Virus record (IMG/VR): IMGVR_UViG_3300049823_000224 | Location: 1 to 32,466 of that record | Source: a virus | DNA: 32,466 bases | Strand: one strand, 5' to 3' | Shown here: piece after piece, positions 1-8,355 of the stretch | Numbering within the stretch: the first letter of the stretch is position 1 | Layout: each line of letters starts with the position of its first letter | Position numbers and translations under genes: made by a program | Notes under the pieces: generated by a model | The model's input: only the letters and a program-made list of their open reading frames with translations | The model's database searches: none | What the model was told of the DNA's origin: nothing

Positions 1-127
1 CTTACCAGGTCATGGTTGGCGGCCAATAGATGATGTAGCCAGCCGTCATGGAAAACTAAATCATTATTGGCTATCATGACCCACTCTGCTTTGCCAAGCC
101 CGGCGCCATGGTTGGCGAACGCGTTGT
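1..127. repeat. Terminal exact direct repeat, copy 1 (identical to 32340..32466); circular-assembly overlap
   Basis: cttaccaggtcatggttggcgg...ggttggcgaacgcgttgt is read at both window ends with no mismatch seen. Confidence 0.95.
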
Positions 128-932
128 AGTTAAACTTCTCGCGCTTATGTATCGTAGTTGCTCGGTTATATCTAAGCGCCGCGCCATTTTCAATGACGAT
201 TATATTGACCGGCAGACCATTGCTGCCATAAAAGCAAGTATCAATGGTGCGCTGTGTCATGCGCTCGGCCACCAGCCCGCTGGCCTTGGATAATATAATC
301 ACGTCCACCACTGGCTTGCCCTGGTTGATGACAGGGTTGCGGTTATAGCGCCATGCCTGTGTTTCGGTCGTCTGGCTGTTGTAGTCGTAGTAATACAGCA
401 CCTTATTGATTTTATGCTCGGTCTTTAGGTGCGGCAGTAATACCTTACCAAACCCCGCGTCCTCGCCATACAGCACATTTGGAAAGCTGGACTTTAGCGA
501 TACCTCGCGCTTAATGCAGCATATATGGTTGGGTATACGGTGATAGGCATTAGCTGTGTTGTAGTCTTTCTTAACATCTTTGGAGTAGTAACACCGACGC
601 GCCCGGCCACCGTCTAGGCTAACCTCGGCCTGGAATACTATACAGTCGGCATTGGACTTGGTAGCCTCTAGTAGCGTGGCAATAAAGTCTGGCGCCACGC
701 GGTCGTCATCATCTACGAACTGCACATATTTACCTTGCGCCATATTCACCATGACATTGCGTTTTGTACCTAACATTTGTTTTTTATTATCGGTCAATAC
801 AATTATTTCTACCCGGTCTTGGTCAGCCACAGCCAGCCCGGCGTACTGGTCGTAGAGTTGCTTTTGTATCTTTGGCAAAAATGTATCATACCTAGTATGA
901 ACACCACATACCAATATGCTTAGGTCTATCAT
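1..932 (-). CDS. Fused double GT-A/GT2-like glycosyltransferase, N-terminal ~310 codons; continues across the circular junction into 31955..32339 (about 438 aa in total)
   Basis: Manual translation from ATG at 932: MIDLSILVCGVHTRYDTF...GKYVQFVDDDDRVAPDF (DxD). A second domain starts at VVDVIILSKASG. AAGGTGG RBS lies ~7 nt upstream. Frame arithmetic (932+385=1317 nt) is in phase with ORF 31955..32416. Confidence 0.8.
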   Translation of the reverse strand, partial: MIDLSILVCGVHTRYDTFLPKIQKQLYDQYAGLAVADQDRVEIIVLTDNKKQMLGTKRNVMVNMAQGKYVQFVDDDDRVAPDFIATLLEATKSNADCIVFQAEVSLDGGRARRCYYSKDVKKDYNTANAYHRIPNHICCIKREVSLKSSFPNVLYGEDAGFGKVLLPHLKTEHKINKVLYYYDYNSQTTETQAWRYNRNPVINQGKPVVDVIILSKASGLVAERMTQRTIDTCFYGSNGLPVNIIVIENGAALRYNRATTIHKREKFNYNAFANHGAGLGKAEWVMIANNDLVFHDGWLHHLLAANHDLV

Positions 933-1072
933 GCTGGCACCACCTTATATTGGTTTGACTTTGTGTATAAATGTTTCGGTGTTTGCATACAAACTCCATT
1001 GCTTGCTGACTAGAATTATCAGGCAAAGTATAGCACAAACCGTAGGTGGTTTGTTGCGAGGCGATAGACAAG

Positions 1073-1140
1073 CCACAGCCAGCCTCTAGCCAGCGCTACC
1101 GGCCCCGTCGGCCTGGCTGGCCGGCGCCGGACGCCACCTG
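1073..1140. other. GC-rich island (roughly three-quarters G+C) with nested inverted repeats in the divergent intergenic region
   Basis: gccagcc(1078-1084)/ggctggc(1115-1121), ggcc/ggcc hairpin 1101-1113, palindrome ccggcgccgg 1121-1130, cgcca/tggcg 1132-1146. Confidence 0.6.
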
Positions 1141-1146
1141 TTGGCG

Positions 1147-1222
1147 AATATTTTAGAAAAAAATACAAAATAATTTATAAAAAAGTAAAAAATATTTTTT
1201 AATTTACTTTTTGAAAATTAAC
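1147..1222. other. Extremely AT-rich tract (about 6 G/C in 76 nt by my count) with an imperfect palindrome centred near 1196
   Basis: aaaaagtaaa (1180-1189) and tttacttttt (1203-1212) flank aaaatatttt; the tract directly abuts the GC-rich island. Confidence 0.6.
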
Positions 1223-1250
1223 AGGGGCGGGGGGCGTCCCTTTTTTATTT
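1223..1250 (+). terminator. Rho-independent terminator with no upstream same-strand gene (orphan)
   Basis: Stem ggggcg(1224-1229)/cgtccc(1235-1240), 5-nt loop, then TTTTTTATTTT. Confidence 0.6.
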
Positions 1251-1338
1251 TCAATCAAGCGTCCGCCGTGTAATCAACGAAAATATGGGGGTAAAATTGC
1301 CAAAGGTTTTTTGCCGGGCGGTTTGCGCAATGAAAAAG

Positions 1339-1347
1339 TGCTATAAT
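1339..1347 (+). promoter_or_regulatory. Extended -10 promoter TGCTATAAT; ATG 1354 lies 7 nt after the hexamer (leaderless)
   Basis: TATAAT at 1342-1347, TG at 1339-1340, no SD before ATG 1354. Confidence 0.6.
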
Positions 1348-1353
1348 TTGCTT

Positions 1354-1689
1354 ATGACTGGCGTAACGCTAACATTCACCAAAAAAGTGGCGTCCGGCAC
1401 CGACGCAATGAACAACCCGACCTATACGGACACCGATATTTCAGTTGATAATTGCCTTATTGCGCCGATCATTGAGCCGGTCAGTGTCCGCGAACAACAG
1501 GCCCAAAAGCAGAACCGCGAACAGGTCCGCATACACCTACCCAAGACCAGTGATGATGACGTAGGCGACAGTACGGTTGTTTGGGACGGCAAAGTTTTCC
1601 ATGTTGATAGCAGCAGCACAAAGTTTATGGACGAAAACACGCCAGGCGACTGGGATAGATATTTTAGGGCGGAGCTTGTAAATGGATAA
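1354..1689 (+). CDS. Head closure / head-tail adaptor-like protein (111 aa)
   Basis: ORF 1285..1689 trimmed to the ATG 7 nt after the -10. Assignment rests on size, context and weak resemblance to SPP1 gp16-type proteins only. Confidence 0.4.
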   Translation: MTGVTLTFTKKVASGTDAMNNPTYTDTDISVDNCLIAPIIEPVSVREQQAQKQNREQVRIHLPKTSDDDVGDSTVVWDGKVFHVDSSSTKFMDENTPGDWDRYFRAELVNG

Positions 1690-2056
1690 TCCGAATACTG
1701 AAAAATTAGTGATTGCTTGGCTGCAAACACTGGACGAAATAACCGGCGATTGGCCGGTCTATGGCGACAAGCCAGCGACACTGCCAGATCAATACATTTT
1801 GGTTGATAGAACCGGCGGCCCGCGCGAGGCAATGGTGCTTGATCGTGCGGCAATACTCATTGAGGTTTACCATAAAAACAGCCGAGTAACGGCCAGCGAT
1901 ATGGCCAATTATATTGCAGACCAAATACCGGCCGGCTTGCCGGCATATGCCGAGAGCATTACCGGCGCCAGCGTTAATAGCGTCGTCAACCTAGACGACC
2001 TGATTGCACAATACAGCCGCTACCAAGTTTACGCCGACGTGAACAACCGGCGCTAA
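1682..2056 (+). CDS. Neck / tail-completion-like protein (124 aa)
   Basis: ORF track; its start overlaps the upstream stop; function inferred from size and context only. Confidence 0.35.
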   Translation: MDNPNTEKLVIAWLQTLDEITGDWPVYGDKPATLPDQYILVDRTGGPREAMVLDRAAILIEVYHKNSRVTASDMANYIADQIPAGLPAYAESITGASVNSVVNLDDLIAQYSRYQVYADVNNRR

Positions 2057-2080
2057 AAATTGTTGTTGCATTTATTTTGG

Positions 2081-2092
2081 TTATGTTATAAT
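2081..2092 (+). promoter_or_regulatory. Extended -10 promoter TTATGTTATAAT
   Basis: Motif read directly; ~45-nt leader to SD GAAAGGA and ATG 2142. Confidence 0.6.
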
Positions 2093-2125
2093 CAGCGTAA
2101 GTCAGAAAAAACAGGCGACGGCCTG

Positions 2126-2144
2126 GAAAGGAAAAACGGCTATG
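2126..2144 (+). repeat. 19-nt translation-initiation region GAAAGGAAAAACGGCTATG, copy 1 (scaffold gene)
   Basis: Identical 19-mer at 18534-18552. Confidence 0.85.
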
Positions 2145-2621
2145 ACTAAATACTACACAAAAGAGGGCGACGACTTTAAGGAAGTTGCAGAACCTTTACA
2201 CACACAATCGGAAGTGGACGACGTGGTAACGTCGCGGCTAGACCGCCAGAAAAAGCAGTTTGCCGACTACGACGACCTTAAAGAAAAGGCCGGCAAAGTA
2301 GACACTATCACCAAAGAGCTTGAGGGAAAAGTCAAAAAGGTTGGCGAGGAAAAGGCCGACCTTGAGAAACAGCTAGGCGCAGCCAAGCTGGAAACCTCCA
2401 AGGTCAAGATTGTGAGCGAGTTTAAGCTATCAGATGAGCTAGCCGAGTTTGTAACCGGCGACACCGAGGACGATATGCGAGCTAAAGCAGAAAAGCTGGC
2501 AAAGGGCGTCACAGGTGGTGGCAAAGTCAAGGTAGATAAAAAAGAGAAACCTGGCGGCGACGGAAAAGCCGACAGCAAGAAACTCGCGAGCCAGTTATTT
2601 AGTCCAAAGTCTGACGATTAA
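2142..2621 (+). CDS. Scaffolding protein
   Basis: 159 aa, very K/E/D-rich coiled-coil, immediately upstream of the major capsid gene; N-terminus SEVDDVVTSRLDRQKKQ resembles DUF4355-type scaffolds. Confidence 0.6.
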   Translation: MTKYYTKEGDDFKEVAEPLHTQSEVDDVVTSRLDRQKKQFADYDDLKEKAGKVDTITKELEGKVKKVGEEKADLEKQLGAAKLETSKVKIVSEFKLSDELAEFVTGDTEDDMRAKAEKLAKGVTGGGKVKVDKKEKPGGDGKADSKKLASQLFSPKSDD

Positions 2622-2654
2622 ATATTAACTATTCCATAGAAAGGAATAATCGTT

Positions 2655-3569
2655 ATGGCCAATCCTCTATTAGCCGCTGACCTTGATCTTGCCAATCACA
2701 CTGGCGGGGCATGGTCCAAGAACATCAGGGGCGGTGTTCTATCTAAATTAGCCCCACAAGACCCGCAGCTTAAAGTTGGTAGTACCGACCACTTTACATT
2801 CACGGCTACACCAAAAGCCGAGCTGGTGGGCGAGGGCGACAATAAGTCGTCTAGCGACGGTACGCCTGTCAAAGTAACCGCCAAGACCTACAAGGTCCAA
2901 ATTACCTACCGCTTTAGCCAAGAGCTGATGTGGGAGGACGAGGACTACCAGGCTGGCGTTGTTGAGGGGCTGGTAGCCAACGTTGCAACCGCTTTGAGCC
3001 GCGCGCTTGACCTGATTGCAATCCACGGCATTAACCCGTCTACGGGCGACGTAGCTGCTAGCGTTAGCAACTACTTCACCAAGTCCGGCAACGACGTTAG
3101 TGTTGTCACCGCCACCGGTGACGCACAGGCAGACCTTGAAAACGCCGCAAGCGACTTGCAGTCTGCTGGTTACGTTGCAACCGGCATTGCCTTTGATCCG
3201 GTATTTGCTGGCCAGTTGGCCCGCAGCAAGGACGACAATAACCGTCCGCTATACCCGGAACTGGGCTTGGGCTTTAACTTTGATACTTTCCAGGGTCTAC
3301 AGGCCGCCTCAAGCGACACTGTATCTGGACGCCAAGAGTTTGGCGTAGCCGGCACCAAAGTTAAGGCAATCATGGGCGACTTTAACGCTTTCCAATGGGG
3401 CGTTGCCCGTGAAGTGCCACTGGAAACCATACAATATGGTGATCCAGACGGTAACGGCGACCTGAAACGCACCAACGAAATTGCTATCCGGGCCGAGGCT
3501 GTCCTCGGTTACGCAATCTTTGACGGCACCGCGTTTAGCGTCATTGAGAGCGCAGTAGCAAGCTCTTAG
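2655..3569 (+). CDS. Major capsid protein (HK97 fold)
   Basis: 304 aa; position after the scaffold; segment LSRALDLIAIHG and overall pattern typical of Phage_capsid family; strong terminator follows. Confidence 0.8.
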   Translation: MANPLLAADLDLANHTGGAWSKNIRGGVLSKLAPQDPQLKVGSTDHFTFTATPKAELVGEGDNKSSSDGTPVKVTAKTYKVQITYRFSQELMWEDEDYQAGVVEGLVANVATALSRALDLIAIHGINPSTGDVAASVSNYFTKSGNDVSVVTATGDAQADLENAASDLQSAGYVATGIAFDPVFAGQLARSKDDNNRPLYPELGLGFNFDTFQGLQAASSDTVSGRQEFGVAGTKVKAIMGDFNAFQWGVAREVPLETIQYGDPDGNGDLKRTNEIAIRAEAVLGYAIFDGTAFSVIESAVASS

Positions 3570-3586
3570 CCTAACCGCCGGCAAGC

Positions 3587-3618
3587 AAAAATGACCCTTT
3601 AACGGGGTCATTTTTGTT
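3587..3618 (+). terminator. Rho-independent terminator after the capsid gene
   Basis: aaaaatgaccc / gggtcattttt stem (3592-3597 / 3605-3610) followed by a T-run. Confidence 0.8.
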
Positions 3619-3629
3619 TATGTTAAAAT
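3618..3629 (+). promoter_or_regulatory. Extended -10 promoter TTATGTTAAAAT; second ATG (3636) is 7 nt downstream (leaderless)
   Basis: TAAAAT at 3624-3629; ATGs at 3630 and 3636. Confidence 0.5.
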
Positions 3630-3635
3630 ATGGCT

Positions 3636-3851
3636 ATGGCCGCAAAAAAAATACCCTATATAAATCGCTTTAATGGCGAAATTGTAATAGCGACCAGGCA
3701 GAGCGCCAAGCGCCTTAATGAGGACTGGGAAAAGATAGAGTTTACAGAAAACGACCAGGGCAAACGGGTGGCCCGCCTCCACCTAAATGGCGCCACCGTA
3801 GATATAAGCGAAAATGAGGTAGCAGAAAATGGCAACGCAAGATCAAAGTAA
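3636..3851 (+). CDS. Hypothetical protein (about 71 aa; alternative start 3630)
   Basis: ORF track 3630..3851; no recognisable motif. Confidence 0.5.
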   Translation: MAAKKIPYINRFNGEIVIATRQSAKRLNEDWEKIEFTENDQGKRVARLHLNGATVDISENEVAENGNARSK

Positions 3852-4140
3852 GTACATAGCCGATCTGACCGTGCTAAAAACCAAAGACTTTAAGGAAGTT
3901 AAAGAGCTGATTGTATCTGCCGGCATTGTGAACGCTAACAGCGAAACCGTGCGCAACGCAAAAACTATTGCCGAGATAACCGGCGCCATGACGGATTACC
4001 AAGCGTCCAGGCTCATAGACGCCCTTGTGGCCGCAAAAGCACCGGCCCGCGACCGGGCATACTCGCAAACGCGTATCAAAAAGACAGTTGGGATATTAGA
4101 TAACATCAAAAACACAATTGACGGTTGGGATTTTAACTAA
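3829..4140 (+). CDS. Hypothetical protein (103 aa)
   Basis: ORF track; GAGG 9 nt upstream; overlaps neighbours at both ends. Confidence 0.5.
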   Translation: MATQDQSKYIADLTVLKTKDFKEVKELIVSAGIVNANSETVRNAKTIAEITGAMTDYQASRLIDALVAAKAPARDRAYSQTRIKKTVGILDNIKNTIDGWDFN

Positions 4141-4685
4141 TGGACTACTCGCAACTAACACCTACGATTTTGCCTAAAGTAATGGAGGCAATGCGCCTTA
4201 TAAATAACCCCGAAATTGATCCCGAAGTGCGCCAGCTTAATCAGGAAATATTATTTAGAGAGGTGGGCCAGGCGGTTTATGCCAAGGTGTACGACATGAA
4301 CGCCTTTGATATGGAAATACCGCACACAACCGGTCCAGGGCTAGACGATCGTTATTATGGCCTCGCCAAGGTGGCCAGCGCCAGCGTGTCAAATGGTGAG
4401 CTAGGCGTATCTGAATATGTGGCGAGCTATATAAACTCCGTTACGGCCCTAGCCCAACAGCACGCTATGACAAATGCGCGCCAAAGCGGTAAACACCCTA
4501 CCGTTATACGCAGCACGGTTGGCACAAAAACATGCCAATGGTGCCGCAACCTAGCTGGGACGTACACAGACCCCTCATCAGACGTTTTTAGGCGCCACAG
4601 CTCTTGCGACTGCTCAATTAGGACAGAGGGCTACATGTCGCGCAATGGATTGCTAGATAACTATGTCAAGCCACAAAAAAATTAG
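4140..4685 (+). CDS. Minor head protein, Mu F / SPP1 gp7-like C-terminal domain
   Basis: TAATG overlap with the upstream ORF; Cys cluster CQWCRNLAGTY...SCDCSI typical of head-morphogenesis gp7-family C-termini. Confidence 0.5.
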   Translation: MDYSQLTPTILPKVMEAMRLINNPEIDPEVRQLNQEILFREVGQAVYAKVYDMNAFDMEIPHTTGPGLDDRYYGLAKVASASVSNGELGVSEYVASYINSVTALAQQHAMTNARQSGKHPTVIRSTVGTKTCQWCRNLAGTYTDPSSDVFRRHSSCDCSIRTEGYMSRNGLLDNYVKPQKN

Positions 4686-4691
4686 TTGTTC

Positions 4692-4720
4692 TTGACACTG
4701 GGTACATATAAAACTAACAT
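4692..4720 (+). promoter_or_regulatory. Sigma70-type promoter TTGACA-17-TAACAT; ATG 4727 lies 7 nt after the -10
   Basis: TTGACA at 4692-4697, TAACAT at 4715-4720. Confidence 0.5.
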
Positions 4721-4726
4721 GGCCTT

Positions 4727-5176
4727 ATGCGCCATAAAATAACAGTAAGAGAAAAACACAATTACGTCGGAACGCCAACTTATAGAAGTTGGTATAACAT
4801 GAAAAGCCGATGTAATAATCCTAAATATACAAACTCAAAATTATGGCATGGCAAGGGCATAATTTATGATCCAAGGTGGGAAAGATTTACGCTATTTCTT
4901 GCCGACATGGGCGAGCGGCCACCAGGCACCAGCCTAGATCGGATAGACGGCAACAAAGGATATTGCAAAGAAAACTGTCGGTGGGCTACGCGCATAGAGC
5001 AAAGCAATAACACCTCCCGCAATCACTATATAGAATACCGCGGTAATACAATGACCCTAACGCAATTAGCTGCCGAGCATGGATTAAAGCAACCAACCCT
5101 TAGAAAAAGATTAAGCCGTGGGTGGCCATTAGAACAAGCACTAAAAACACCCTTGGCTGATAGGGGACAAAATTGA
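4727..5176 (+). CDS. HNH/AP2-type homing endonuclease-like protein
   Basis: YRSWYNMKSRCNNP...GKGIIYDPRWERFTLFLADMGERPPGTSLDRIDGNKGYCKENCRWATRIEQSNN is the common phage 'YxSWxxMxxRC...SLDRID...NCRWAT' family. Confidence 0.65.
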   Translation: MRHKITVREKHNYVGTPTYRSWYNMKSRCNNPKYTNSKLWHGKGIIYDPRWERFTLFLADMGERPPGTSLDRIDGNKGYCKENCRWATRIEQSNNTSRNHYIEYRGNTMTLTQLAAEHGLKQPTLRKRLSRGWPLEQALKTPLADRGQN

Positions 5177-5541
5177 TAACAATTATATTAACTGGCTCAA
5201 CGCCGGCAAAAAAGAATAGCCGGGTTCGTACCCGCGCCGGCGCATATGTACCAAATAGGGCATTTTATGACTGGCAAAAATCAGCTTTATGGCAAGTCCG
5301 CAGCCAAACCAAACACCGTTTTTTTGAGCCGGTGGCTATTGACGTTGTAATAATATTTGGGACTAAGCGCCGGGCAGACCTAGACAACCGCCTGACAAGC
5401 ATTTTGGATATGCTGGTTGAGGGTTTAGTGTTGCGTGATGATAAATGGCAGGACGTACCGCAAATAACGGCCCAGGCTGCCTACAAAAAGGACGAGCCAG
5501 GCGCAATCATTAAAATTAAAACGGTAAAACCAGTGTTGTAA
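5173..5541 (+). CDS. rusA: RusA-family Holliday junction resolvase
   Basis: TTG start in a TTGA overlap with an AGGGGA RBS; KRRADLDNRLTSILDMLVEGLVLRDDKWQDV matches the RusA RRRDLDN...DAL...G...DD.QV core. Confidence 0.75.
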   Translation: MITIILTGSTPAKKNSRVRTRAGAYVPNRAFYDWQKSALWQVRSQTKHRFFEPVAIDVVIIFGTKRRADLDNRLTSILDMLVEGLVLRDDKWQDVPQITAQAAYKKDEPGAIIKIKTVKPVL

Positions 5542-5546
5542 TTAGC

Positions 5547-5576
5547 TTATGCTACAATTACAATATCTGTTATAAT
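5547..5576 (+). promoter_or_regulatory. Two tandem extended -10 promoters (TTATGCTACAAT 5547-5558; TGTTATAAT 5568-5576) upstream of portal
   Basis: Motifs read directly; ~55-nt leader to ATG 5636. Confidence 0.55.
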
Positions 5577-5635
5577 AATAGCGAAATTACAAACACGCTT
5601 ACGGGGCGGCAAAACCGGCAAAGAAAAGGTAAAAC

Positions 5636-7045
5636 ATGACGCCGCAACAGCAACAAGCCCTATTAGAGCAAATAGCGACACAAGCCGAAAGGCTGGTACT
5701 TAACCTTGGCAAATATGAGCGCTATGTGCAGATCAAGTACGATTATTACAATGCCGACAACGATACGCGCGACTATGGCATATCCGTGCCAACGAAAATG
5801 CGACGTATGCGGCCAGGCGTGGGCTGGGCCTCCCGCGCCGTAAATATTCTTAGCGACCGCGTTGTATTTGACGGGTTTATCAATGATACCTTTGGAGTTA
5901 ATGGCCTATTCAAACAAATAAATGCCCTGCCGGTTATCAACAAAGCCAAGCACGACGCCATTTTAGCTGGGTGCGCTTTCGTGGCCATAGGCGATAAAGA
6001 CGCTGACGATGATATTGACGGTGACGGGCCCATGCCTACACCTCCGCAAAAAATCCTCGTGCCATTCACGGCTACCGAGGCCACTGGCTGGGTTGATCCG
6101 CACACTGGTCTATTAAGGGCCGGGCTGGCAGTTACGCGCTGGGCCAAGCCGAGCAGCACCGGCCGACCGAACCGCAAACGGCTTTTCACATACGACCCGC
6201 AAGACTACATTTTATTCACCAAGCAATATACTGCGACCTTTGAAAATGCCGAGCTAGTTGAGGTTGTGCCAAACCCGACCGGCCGCTGCCTACTCCTGCC
6301 GATTATCCGCCGCCCAAGCGCCGACCGGCCGCTAGGCAAGGCCCGTATCAATAACACGGTCCGCCGCATTATTAACGAAGTTTCAAGGCTCAAACGGCGC
6401 GAGGAAATAGCCGAGGAGTTTTACGCCCTGCCCCAGCGCTATATAAATGGTCTGGCCGAGGGCGCCAAAAAAGACCAAAACCTAGATAGCGCTATTGGCA
6501 AGGTTTGGGCCATAACTAAAGATGAGGACGGCGACAAACCAGATATTGGCCAGCTCGGCCAAATGTCAATTAACCAATTTGAAACGGCCAAAAAAGACAA
6601 GGCGCGCGACTTTTGCGCCGAAACGGCGCTTACATTGCGCAACCTTGGATATGAAACCGGCAATCCTACGACAGCCGATAGCCTGGAGGCTATGAGCGAC
6701 GACCTAGTGCTTGAGGCACAGACCACCCAAAGCGAAATGGGCGAGCAGATCAAGCAAATCGCCATTACTTTGCGCATGGCCATTGACGGCATAAACACCA
6801 TACCTGACGGGCTAAAGGCGCTTGTGCCGGCCTGGAAACCTATTTTTAGGGTCAATATCGGCGAGGCCGGCGACGCCATGTTTAAGCTATTCCAGGCCAT
6901 GCCAGAGCTTGTAGGAACGGTTGAGGGCTACCAAATGCTGGGTATTAGCTTACGGCAAGCAGAACAGCTACAACAGGCCCGCGCCAAGTTACCAGCCACT
7001 ACGTTTATGCAGCCGAAACCACCGAAAGGGGATATAACATCATGA
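5636..7045 (+). CDS. Portal protein (SPP1 gp6-like)
   Basis: 469 aa; size, acidic/helical C-terminus and adjacency to the adaptor gene. Confidence 0.75.
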   Translation: MTPQQQQALLEQIATQAERLVLNLGKYERYVQIKYDYYNADNDTRDYGISVPTKMRRMRPGVGWASRAVNILSDRVVFDGFINDTFGVNGLFKQINALPVINKAKHDAILAGCAFVAIGDKDADDDIDGDGPMPTPPQKILVPFTATEATGWVDPHTGLLRAGLAVTRWAKPSSTGRPNRKRLFTYDPQDYILFTKQYTATFENAELVEVVPNPTGRCLLLPIIRRPSADRPLGKARINNTVRRIINEVSRLKRREEIAEEFYALPQRYINGLAEGAKKDQNLDSAIGKVWAITKDEDGDKPDIGQLGQMSINQFETAKKDKARDFCAETALTLRNLGYETGNPTTADSLEAMSDDLVLEAQTTQSEMGEQIKQIAITLRMAIDGINTIPDGLKALVPAWKPIFRVNIGEAGDAMFKLFQAMPELVGTVEGYQMLGISLRQAEQLQQARAKLPATTFMQPKPPKGDITS

Positions 7046-7455
7046 GCGCCTATGCAACCACCGATCAGCTAGCAGCCTTTTGGCGAACACTTACGGCCTC
7101 CGAAATTACGCGGGCGAACGTCTTGCTTGATTTGGCCAGCAACCGACTGCGGCAAATAGCCGAGGACGTAGAAGTTGACCTAGACGCCAAGGTTGCCGCT
7201 AGCACCGTTTTTGCGGCAAATGTGCAATGGGTGGTCATGGAGGCCGTAAAACGCGCCATGCTGGTGCCTACGGACGCCCCACCGGCAAATCAGGTCCAAC
7301 AAACGGCCGGTCCGTATAGCCAAAACATCGTATATGCCAATCCGGCGGGCGATCTGTGGTTTAAGAAAGCCGAGTTGCACGCTATAAGCCTTGATTACAA
7401 GCAGAGCCTTGATAGCCTTAGTACAACACCAAATAATGACATATACTCAAGCTAG
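7042..7455 (+). CDS. Head-to-tail adaptor (Gp19/Gp15/Gp42-like)
   Basis: ATGA overlap with portal; N-terminus YATTDQLAAFWRTLTASEITRANVLLDLASNRL fits the 'YAT.edl..rw..Lt..E...a..lL.dAs' adaptor pattern. Confidence 0.55.
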   Translation: MSAYATTDQLAAFWRTLTASEITRANVLLDLASNRLRQIAEDVEVDLDAKVAASTVFAANVQWVVMEAVKRAMLVPTDAPPANQVQQTAGPYSQNIVYANPAGDLWFKKAELHAISLDYKQSLDSLSTTPNNDIYSS

Positions 7456-7457
7456 CC

Positions 7458-7910
7458 ATGTTAAACGCAAATATACGAAAAGCCCGGCCTCCGCTAATAA
7501 TAGTAAGCCCGCTTAGTTTCTGGCTGTGCATTGGTTATGTTGGTCTAAATCTGGCGCTGGGGTATGTAGTCTATAGCGTGCCTGATACGTCGGGCCTGGC
7601 GCTTTATAGGTTATTCAGCCAGCACTTTATTGGCGCTGCCTTTGCCCTTAATGCGCTGGTATTATTATTTACTTTGGTAATAAACGCCTGGCGCGGCATA
7701 CGCTTTATGCTTGGCACCGGGCTTTTTATAAAGGCCATGTACGCATACTCGCTTATTGCCCTCGGTATAAAGGTTGGTTTTGAAAACATCAACGGGATCA
7801 TGGCAATATGGCTATTTATCACTTGGGTACAATTTTGCCTAATAGTATTTTTTGCACCGCCGCTATTAAACGGTCATGTGAAAGGTGGGGCGCATGGTAC
7901 AGCAAAGTGA
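7458..7910 (+). CDS. Integral membrane protein (about 4 TM segments)
   Basis: 150 aa with four long hydrophobic stretches; starts 2 nt after the adaptor stop. Confidence 0.6.
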   Translation: MLNANIRKARPPLIIVSPLSFWLCIGYVGLNLALGYVVYSVPDTSGLALYRLFSQHFIGAAFALNALVLLFTLVINAWRGIRFMLGTGLFIKAMYAYSLIALGIKVGFENINGIMAIWLFITWVQFCLIVFFAPPLLNGHVKGGAHGTAK

Positions 7911-8253
7911 TAGCACAGCACTAGCCATAGCGGCCATGAGCGCATTTACTGTGTTGGTTGCTTGGGTTTTCCGATATAAAATCGCCGAGCTGGCCCGCCG
8001 CAAGACCAAGGCGCCGCAGGAAGTATTGTTTGAGGGTTACGAAAAACTACTTAAAAGCTACCAGTCGGCTATCAGCGACCGCGATAATAAAATCGCCGAG
8101 CTGGAGGCTAATTTTGACAAAATGCAAGCAGACTTAGACGCTGCGCGCAATACGATTAACGAATTAAAAACCCAAGACGCCAAAAAAACCCGGATTATCA
8201 GCGAGCTAGAATTGCGATTAAGCGAACTGAAAACCCTGCACCAGCAAACATAG
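7894..8253 (+). CDS. N-terminally membrane-anchored coiled-coil protein
   Basis: ATG 7894 after AAAGGTGGGG; TM LAIAAMSAFTVLVAWVF followed by heptad-rich KIAELEANFDKMQADLDAARNTINELK. Confidence 0.55.
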   Translation: MVQQSDSTALAIAAMSAFTVLVAWVFRYKIAELARRKTKAPQEVLFEGYEKLLKSYQSAISDRDNKIAELEANFDKMQADLDAARNTINELKTQDAKKTRIISELELRLSELKTLHQQT

Positions 8254-8279
8254 ACAAATATTGCGCTAATGTTCCGCCA

Positions 8280-8288
8280 TGCTATAAT
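8280..8288 (+). promoter_or_regulatory. Extended -10 promoter TGCTATAAT upstream of the major tail gene
   Basis: TATAAT at 8283-8288; TTGCGC 16 nt upstream. Confidence 0.6.
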
Positions 8289-8355
8289 TAGACCATAAAG
8301 CCGAGCGCCTGGAACACGGCAGTTGGGCCAACAAAATAGACAACGGAGTATTACC

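Noticed and set aside
108-855. + strand ORFs 108..293 and 652..855
   Set aside because: They lie antisense within the glycosyltransferase gene, which has clear GT2 motifs. They have no start signals.
5773-6900. Minus-strand ORFs inside the portal gene (5773..6189, 6205..6393, 6439..6900)
   Set aside because: They are antisense to a well-supported portal ORF and have Ser/Ala/Arg-rich shadow composition.
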